A DNA stretch of 63,276 bases, the filler included, from Octopus bimaculoides (taxonomy: Eukaryota): assembly GCF_001194135.2 (NCBI RefSeq). It is 7 parts of 6 records of this genome, joined end to end, with 100 filler letters (N's around TTAATTAATTAA, not from the genome) between each part and the next. Parts side by side here need not be neighbours in the genome. Positions count along the whole stretch, not along the records: positions 45,716 to 62,014 come from NC_068984.1; positions 62,115 to 63,276 come from NC_069001.1; 5 more parts are not named here. One strand, given 5' to 3'. The number at the start of each line of letters is the position of its first letter. Positions within the stretch are counted from its first letter, which is position 1. The notes below the pieces were generated by a model. The model searched no databases. It saw only the letters and a list, made by a program, of their open reading frames with translations, and had not been told where the DNA came from. A program made the translations under genes and the position numbers. Positions 54,711 to 63,276 of the stretch are shown piece by piece.

Positions 54711-55573
54711 ATTTGGATAGCGAATCGGATGCGTAGGAAGTGGATAGTTATTGATTGTAGCTTAACTCCAGACCAGAGTTTCTCAATCATTTTTTATCTA
54801 TGGACTCCTTTGATTACTATTTTATTCTGGTGTACCTCCATAGCCATTTGATGTTTAAAGACTAGTTTTATAGAAACTTCTTACAAAATTCCTATTTCGT
54901 TTTCCACACATTATGTTGTGTAGGTGGAACTATGTAAAACGTTAGAGAAAGAAACCTTGCTGTTTCTTGCAATACATACCAATGCACACATCTAAAGCAA
55001 AATCTTTTCAGGGGCCCTTAAAATACTGTTGTGGATCCCCAATTTACTATTTTGCTGCCTGGACCCCTCAGGGGCCATATGGACCCAGCTGACCAAAGGG
55101 GATCCAACCGGCCGACGATCAAAAGCATTTTTAACCAATGTTCCTTTCTCTGTTTAAGGCAGTAGGGTTTGATTTGAAGGATATTTAGTTGCTATTTTTA
55201 GCAACTCCAGCGACATGACAGAAGTTTGCTGATTAACTCGTGAATGTGTGTGAGTGAGTGGTTGTAGGTTGCCAGTAGGAAGAACGGAAGTCACGTGGGC
55301 AGTTGGTGGAAACTATGAACAGAGTGGAATCATGGGTAGTTCATTGGTGTCGTGGTGAAGGAAAGAATTGAAGGAAACATTTTCCTTAGAGCAGAATCGA
55401 GATCAGACTAAGTCAAACCCGGATAGGCCAGGACACGCTAAGATCAGAAGAAAGTACATTAAAGCAAATCAGGTTTTTCATCAATGTTGCAGTCGAGGAA
55501 AAAATAAACGGCCACGGGTGCTGCTCCTTTGGGATGTACGGTGAATGTGTGAGTTGGGGTTAAGGGTGTAGTG

Positions 55574-55804
55574 TCATGACTGTTTCCTTGTTCTATGGAG
55601 TGACTGTGTATGCGTGTTGTTGTTGGAGATATAGGTTGCTGTGGCTACTGATGATGACGATGAGGTGGATGGCGATGAGGTGGAAGAGATGCTGATGAAG
55701 TGGATGATGAGGAGGAGGGGCCGAACCAAAATGCTGCAGCTGCTGTTGCTGCTGCTGTTGCTGTTGCTATTGATGCTGCTGCTGCTGCTGCTGATGATGA
55801 TGAT

Positions 55805-55835
<31 letters not shown>

Positions 55836-55951
55836 AATAGGAGTGGAGGAGGAGGAAGAATAGGAGAGGAGGAGGAGGAAGAATAGGAGAGGATGAGGAG
55901 AAGAAGTAGGAAGATGATGAAGGTGAGGATGATGACGAGGATGTTGAGGAA

Positions 55952-56001
<50 letters not shown>

Positions 56002-56134
56002 CGATGATGATGATGATGATGATGATAATGATGATGACGAGGAGTAGGGGTAGGAGGAGGATGTGATAATGATGACAACGACGACGGCAATTTAATGATG
56101 ACGAGAATGATGAAGTTATGTATGATGACAACAT

Positions 56135-56166
<32 letters not shown>

Positions 56167-56771
56167 GCAATGATGAGAATAAGGAGGATGAGAAGGAGGA
56201 AGGAGGAATAATTTAATGATGATGACGATGATGACAGAAATGTCACAGAAAAATGGGGTACTACGTTGTTTTGTAAAAATTCGAAATCGAATAACCACAC
56301 TCCCACCATCGCCATGACCATCACCACCATTACGACTACCACCTCAACACTATCACCTACCATCACCACCACCACCACCACCACCACCACCATCACCAAC
56401 AACAACAACAACACCACCACCGCCACTACCACCACTGTCATCTCTACCATCCCAATGACCACTATCATCACTATCATCACTATCACCATCATCGCCACCT
56501 CCTCCAATCATCTCCGTCTCCTTCAATACCATCACCAACTGTACCACTACCAACAATGCTGCCAGAAACAATACCACCCACCTTCAGTGCCGCCACCAAC
56601 ATCATCACCACTATCGCAACAACAACGTCAATAATAATAATAATAATAATAGCAACAACAACAACAACAATAATAATAATAATAATAATAACAACAATAA
56701 TAATAATGATAATAATAATAATAATAATAATAACAACAACAACAACAATAATAATAATGATAATAATAATA

Positions 56772-56802
<31 letters not shown>

Positions 56803-56831
56803 TAATAACAACAACAACAATAATAATAATG

Positions 56832-56910
<79 letters not shown>

Positions 56911-56939
56911 TAATAACAACAACAACAATAATAATAATG

Positions 56940-56973
<34 letters not shown>

Positions 56974-57520
56974 TTTCTTTATTAACCACAGGGGTTTAAA
57001 CTTCAACGACAACAACAACAATTGTTTGTTTATTATTGCCATAATGTTGATAGATGAGGGCCACGGTAACAAGGACAGGTTTAGCAGAAGTAACAAATGT
57101 GACATTTGACCTCTTGGTATTTTAGTGGGATATTTAAGAACAACAAGAACACCACCAGCAGCAGCAGCAGCAGCAACGACATCAACAAGAACAACAATAA
57201 GTCGACTGTCGACTGTCATAACAGCAACATACGATATAACCCGAACCCTAATTTTTGAATTTTTTTTGTTGTCGTTTTTTATTGCTGTTGATGTTGTTGT
57301 ACGACTTTTGTTGTTGGACGTTAATTTTGAAATTGTTGTTGTGACGTCAGTAGGAAAGTAAACGGACACGAATAAGCACGACAATAAATACAAGAACGGT
57401 AATCACGACAACAATTACTACAACAACAAAAGCGGCAGCAACAGCTGTAATAATGGTATTAGCTGTAGGAGTCGTAATAATATTGTTGCTTATAGTAGTC
57501 GTAGTAGTAGTATTACAACA
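55574..57520. repeat. About 2-kb compound trinucleotide low-complexity block
   Basis: Successive GAT/GAG/CTG, CAC/CAT, AAT/AAC and mixed tracts. Confidence 0.95.
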
Positions 57521-57564
57521 TTGGCGACAGTGTCATACATACATACATACATACATACACACAC

Positions 57565-57595
<31 letters not shown>

Positions 57596-58049
57596 TGTAT
57601 GTANNNNNNNNNNNNNNNNNNNNNNNNNNNNNNNNNNNNNNNNNNNNNNNNNNNNNNNNNNNNNNNNNNNNNNNNNNNNNNNNNNNNNNNNNNNNNNNNN
57701 NNNNNNNNNNNNNNNNNNNNNNNNNNNNNNNNNNNNNNNNNNNNNNNNNNNNNNNNNNNNNNNNNNNNNNNNNNNNNNNNNNNNNNNNNNNNNNNNNNNN
57801 NNNNNNNNNNNNNNNNNNNNNNNNNNNNNNNNNNNNNNNNNNNNNNNNNNNNNNNNNNNNNNNNNNNNNNNNNNNNNNNNNNNNNNNNNNNNNNNNNNNN
57901 NNNNNNNNNNNNNNNNNNNNNNNNNNNNNNNNNNNNNNNNNNNNNNNNNNNNNNNNNNNNNNNNNNNNNNNNNNNNNNNNNNNNNNGTCGTAAGCGACGG
58001 AGTGCCAACTGGAACTGTATGTATGTATGTATGTATGTATGTATGACTG

Positions 58050-58376
58050 TGAAGGTGTGTGGATTGGTGGTTAAAATATTCGTCTCATGATCGTAAGGTC
58101 GTGATCTCGATCCCCGGTGACGTACTATATCCTTGAGCAAGACACTTTATTTCACGTTGCTGCAGTCCACTCAGCTGGCAAAAAATGAGTTGTACCTGTA
58201 ATACAAAGGGGCCATTCTTACTACATTCTCTGTCACGCTGAATCTCCCTGAGAACTATGTTAAGGTTACGTGCGTCTGTGGCGTACCCAGCCACTTGCAT
58301 GTTAATTTCACGAGCAGGCTGTTCCATTGATCAGATTACCTAGAACATTCATCGTTGTAACCGACGGAGTGCCAGA
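58050..58376 (+). mobile_element. SINE family C, subtype 2
   Basis: Same CORE-like module and tail accgacggagtgcca. Confidence 0.85.
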
Positions 58377-58662
58377 CATGTATATATTCTAATGGCTAGG
58401 CTCACGTGAATCTCACAAGGTATATTTCAGTTCCTAGAATCTTGGCAAGTTTTCACTGAATGTTTTTTAGGTTTAATTAGAAATTAGTCGGGTCTAAAAC
58501 AAACGTCTGTGTTAATCCGAGTTTTTTGGGGTTTTTTTCAGTTCACCATTTTCTGTTGGAATAAACATGTTCCATCATGATAGACTGAAGACGCCATTTT
58601 CTTTCTAAGTAACAGGCACTATACTTTTCCTTTCGTTCTTTACCGCTGGTGCACTCTCTCTT

Positions 58663-58693
<31 letters not shown>

Positions 58694-60695
58694 TTCTCTC
58701 TTCACACACAAACACACACACATACACACACACAAACATTCACACACTTATACATATGTGCTTTGTGCATATGTATACATATTTACCTTTTACTTGTTAA
58801 GCCGTTCTGGGAGGAAACCAACACNNNNNNNNNNNNNNNNNNNNNNNNNNNNNNNNNNNNNNNNNNNNNNNNNNNNNNNNNNNNNNNNNNNNNNNNNNNN
58901 NNNNNNNNNNNNNNNNNNNNNNNNNNNNNNNNNNNNNNNNNNNNNNNNNNNNNNNNNNNNNNNNNNNNNNNNNNNNNNNNNNNNNNNNNNNNNNNNNNNN
59001 NNNNNNNNNNNNNNNNNNNNNNNNNNNNNNNNNNNNNNNNNNNNNNNNNNNNNNNNNNNNNNNNNNNNNNNNNNNNNNNNNNNNNNNNNNNNNNNNNNNN
59101 NNNNNNNNNNNNNNNNNNNNNNNNNNNNNNNNNNNNNNNNNNNNNNNNNNNNNNNNNNNNNNNNNNNNNNNNNNNNNNNNNNNNNNNNNNNNNNNNNNNN
59201 NNNNNNNNNNNNNNNNNNNNNNNNNNNNNNNNNNNNNNNNNNNNNNNNNNNNNNNNNNNNNNNNNNNNNNNNNNNNNNNNNNNNNNNNNNNNNNNNNNNN
59301 NNNNNNNNNNNNNNNNNNNNNNNNNNNNNNNNNNNNNNNNNNNNNNNNNNNNNNNNNNNNNNNNNNNNNNNNNNNNNNNNNNNNNNNNNAATATTCCTTT
59401 CCGGAGTGTTTATCGGATGACATTTTGAAATGGGGTTACATGCCCGAACCTCTAGGCCTCTTCAGAGATTCACAAAGGGTTTCATACAAATGTAGAGCAA
59501 GAGGTAAAAACAGAGGTGTGGTAGAGACCAGAAGAAAAACAACAGCAAAAATAAGATAGAAATAAAAATAAAAAATTAAATTAAAATCAAAATATAAATA
59601 AAAATAAAAATAAAAATAAGGGTACAGCAGGAAAAAAAAATAATAATAATGATAAAGAATACATAAATGAAGGTATAGCATGTGGGACATGCAAAAATAT
59701 AAAAAAGATATGTCAAAAAACCCTTAAAAATACAAGGTACCCAAAAAACCTACAAACATTATAGATAGATAGCTATAAGCACTCCAATGCATATATATAT
59801 GTGTGGGTTCGTGTGCACAGCCTTACTCGGATGTCCCCTTACTCCCATGTGTGCATATACAAGTTTTTATAAGCAAACATTCCACCACATACGTTGTTTG
59901 TGGCATCAGCTCTATTAGCCGTATCCAGAAAGCTGTAAGTGTTTTCTAGAAAGGAAGTTTTGTTGGGTGTGTGTGTGTCATTCCTGTATATATTGGAAGG
60001 TTCTATGTAGAAGTTCATTTTATACAAGTTATTAATGTTCTTGTAGCAATAACAGTGATGGTGACGATGATGATGACAACAACAACAACAATAACAACAA
60101 CAACAATAATAATATGCCAAACTTTCAAACTTAGCGGTGTAAGATATCCTGTTGCCTCTTCCAACGGCTCTACCATTCTGCTGCTAATGGGGAGGGTTAA
60201 TTACTACCGTTAACTTCCTCCTTCCAATTGGGCAACTATTGTTTTAAACTGCCTACGCTTATATATATAATCCAAGAGAGTAAGGGGTTGAGGATCCAAC
60301 CCACTAAGAAAAAATTTCTATCCAATGTACTGCTGGGAGGGTACCCAATTATTGTCAATTTAGTTATAAAATAAACAGATTAATCAACGGAATACGGTGT
60401 CTGCAAGTTGATGAGTACCTCATATTCCCCTCCATTTTCTTATTGCNNNNNNNNNNNNNNNNNNNNNNNNNNNNNNNNNNNNNNNNNNNNNNNNNNNNNN
60501 NNNNNNNNNNNNNNNNNNNNNNNNNNNNNNNNNNNNNNNNNNNNNNNNNNNNNNNNNNNNNNNNNNNNNNNNNNNNNNNNNNNNNNNNNNNNNNNNNNNN
60601 NNNNNNNNNNNNNNNNNNNNNNNNNNNNNNNNNNNNNNNNNNNNNNNNNNNNNNNNNNNNNNNNNNNNNNNNNNNNNNNNNNNNNTATATATATA

Positions 60696-60887
60696 TAGGG
60701 AGAATTCACAAAAAAAAAACAAAAGACGAAGACAGATGGTGTAGACAACAAACAGATGTATTAGTTTAACGCTTGGGAAGTGAAAAGGTCTTTAATGTTT
60801 CGAGCCTACGCTCTTCCACAGAAAGGAACACAGAAAGAAACAAGGAGAGAAAATAAAGAATGTGTAGTGGCTAGCGATCTATCATGG
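60696..60887 (-). mobile_element. Solo Penelope-type terminal repeat
   Basis: gggagaattcac...gacgaagacag...cagatgtattag...ttcgagcctacgctcttccacagaaagg...gctagcgatctatcatg. Confidence 0.7.
60789..60826 (-). ncRNA. Minimal type-I hammerhead-ribozyme-like motif
   Basis: Minus strand cttt-CTGTGGA-a-GAGC-gtag-GCTC-GAAAC-att-aaag: stem I cttt/aaag, stem II GAGC/GCTC, core variant CUGUGGA...GAAA. Confidence 0.5.
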
Positions 60888-61528
60888 CGAAAAATATAAA
60901 TATAAATATATATTTATATATAACGGGTTTTACACATAGTTTTCGTCTACAAATTTACTCACGGGGCATTAATTGCCTAACGTGCAGTGGAGTAAAACTG
61001 AACCCGAGCCATGTGGTTGCAAAGCGAGTTTCTTAACGACACAGCCATATATGAATAAATTAATAAACTATTTTGAATGATTGAAACGAAACGACAACTG
61101 AAAATAACTCATCTGAACTATGGTTCTCGTAGTCCATGGGTTTTCATTATATAGTTATGCAATACCTTCATCGGCGGATGAAGAAAAGGAAAATCCATTT
61201 GAGAATTTATGGATTTATGTATCAAAGATTATAATAAACTGTTGAAATGGGAATTTCAGATTTTCCCTTTGCCGAAACTTCTATTTATGAATGTTCAGCC
61301 ATTTGACTTCAACACTACGACGAGACATAGTTTGGGTGTACGAAAAGAAAAAAAAAGTACTTGTGTTCTCAATAGAACAAGGAAATATTTTCATACTAAG
61401 TCATGTGAGATTTCGCTAATAATTCGTGTATTAATTAATTCCATTAAGTTTAGATCTAAATACTGCATCAATTATTATAGAGGAAATGGTAATCCTTATT
61501 TATGCATACATACATACATACATACATA

Positions 61529-61660
61529 CAGAGATGGGCATCGTTAACTGAAAAGTTAACTTCGTTAATCGTTAATCTGTTAAACAAAAAGTTAACATCA
61601 TTAATCATTAATCTGTTAATTCTTTGAAAATTTAACAGAAGTTAACGTTAATCCATTAAC
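61529..61660. mobile_element. Terminus of a probable DNA transposon (hAT-like) truncated by a SINE
   Basis: cagagatgggca followed by about 10 GTTAA(C/T) motifs; ends abruptly at a SINE tail. Confidence 0.45.
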
Positions 61661-62014
61661 TCTCTTACTCTTTTACTCTTTTACTTGTTTCAGTAATTTG
61701 ACTGTGGTCATGCTGGAACACCACCTTTAGTCGAGCAAATCGACCCCAGGACTTATTCTTTGGAAGCCTAGTACTTATTCTATCGGTCTCTTTTGCCGAA
61801 GCGCTAAGTTACGGGGACGTAAACATACCAGCATCGGTTGTCAAGCGTTGTTAGGGGTGGGGCAAACACAGACACGCAAACATATACACACACATACATA
61901 TATATACATATATACGACGGGCTTCTTTCAGTTTCCGTCTACCAAATCCATTCACAAGGCTTTGGTCGGCCCGAGGCTATAGTAGAAGACACTTGCCCAA
62001 GGTGCCACGCAGTG
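61661..62014 (-). mobile_element. SINE family A, young CpG-intact copy
   Basis: Nearly identical to the reverse complement of 38935-39347; (AAGAGTAA)n tail. Confidence 0.92.
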
Positions 62015-62380
62015 NNNNNNNNNNNNNNNNNNNNNNNNNNNNNNNNNNNNNNNNNNNNTTAATTAATTAANNNNNNNNNNNNNNNNNNNNNNNNNNNNNN
62101 NNNNNNNNNNNNNNATACACTAAAAAGAACTATAATAAAATATGAAATTTTAATAATTATTACTTCGTATTTTATTATAGTTCTTTTTAGTGTATTTACT
62201 TATTAAATTTTTCTATATGTGACAGTGGATTTTCATGGATGAGTTCAGGAATTGTGGTTCTTTTCTTTAAATTATATATTTATATATTATATACTGTGAA
62301 ACTTAATTTAATATAAAATTTGATAAATTAAATTGAGTTTTTACCTGTAAATTTGGATTTTTATTCCTAATATTATTATC

Positions 62381-62422
<42 letters not shown>

Positions 62423-62939
62423 TTTGTCTATATAAACATATATACACTTGTATATATGTGTGTGTCTGTGTGTATACACATATGTACATTTAGACATATA
62501 TAAACATATGACATAATCTCAAAGCATGAAAACATTTTCGATATATCAATATGATTTTATACATTGACACAACTGCGGGTCGTAATGTCCTAACACAGAT
62601 AACTATTTCATGCCATGTGTTGTATCCTTTCTGCTGTAAATGCTTCCTATTTTTATTTACTAAGAAAACATCTATAATAATATTCAGATGGTCGTACTGT
62701 GTGTTCGAATGTTTTGTTTTTCAATGATAAAATCGTCGTCCTGAACTCAAATGTTATCTGTAGAAAGATGGACAATGGTCACGCGTGAGCAACGACAGAG
62801 AGAAGAAGAGAAAGAGGGGAGAGAGAGACAGATAGAAAACGGCGAAGGGAAGAGAAAGGGAATTAGAGAAAAGGATGGGGGAGAAAAAGTGTAGAGTCGC
62901 ATCAAAAAGATAGACTTTCTTGGAAATGACTGTGGCGTT

Positions 62940-63027
62940 CAAACAAATAATAATATAAATATATAGATATATATATATTTATTTATTTATATAAACATAT
63001 ATATATATATATCCATATATGCATGTT

Positions 63028-63058
<31 letters not shown>

Positions 63059-63276
63059 TTATTTATTTATTTATATATGTATATATATGTATTTATTTAT
63101 ATATGTATATATATATATATTTATTTATATATGTATATATATATATATTTATTTATATATGTATATATATATATATTTATTTATATATGTATATATATAT
63201 ATTTATTTATATATGTATATATATATATTTATTTATATATGTATATATATATATTTATTTATATATGTATATATAT
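62940..63276. repeat. AT-rich higher-order repeat (~26-bp unit atatatatatatttatttatatatgt)
   Basis: Direct reading. Confidence 0.9.

Noticed and set aside
55574-57393. Poly-I, poly-L, poly-H and poly-T ORFs on both strands
   Set aside because: Translations of trinucleotide repeats with no splice or domain support.

Overview
AT-rich, microsatellite-dense eukaryotic DNA with 19 assembly gaps. The repeat complement (several tRNA-derived SINE families with internal CA/TA microsatellites, RTE and restriction-like-endonuclease LINE fragments, Penelope-like termini, mariner/maT/Tigger relics) is typical of a cephalopod, probably Octopus (inference from repeat families; no database search was run). 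Most six-frame ORFs are artefacts of N-runs or simple repeats. Only one host coding exon is well supported: + strand 23723-23846, a coiled-coil-like peptide. The main non-obvious signals are: (1) four copies of a Penelope-type terminal repeat with a minimal hammerhead-ribozyme-like fold, including compensatory stem changes, one attached to a GIY-YIG C-terminus; (2) a ~380-bp near-perfect palindrome; (3) sharp CpG-depleted versus CpG-intact domains readable from SINE copies, switching at scaffold joins; (4) a strong minus-strand bias of SINEs, suggesting a long + strand transcription unit; (5) three RLE-type LINE 3' ends associated with (TAA)n tracts. Repeat coordinates are read by eye and approximate to about 10-20 bp.
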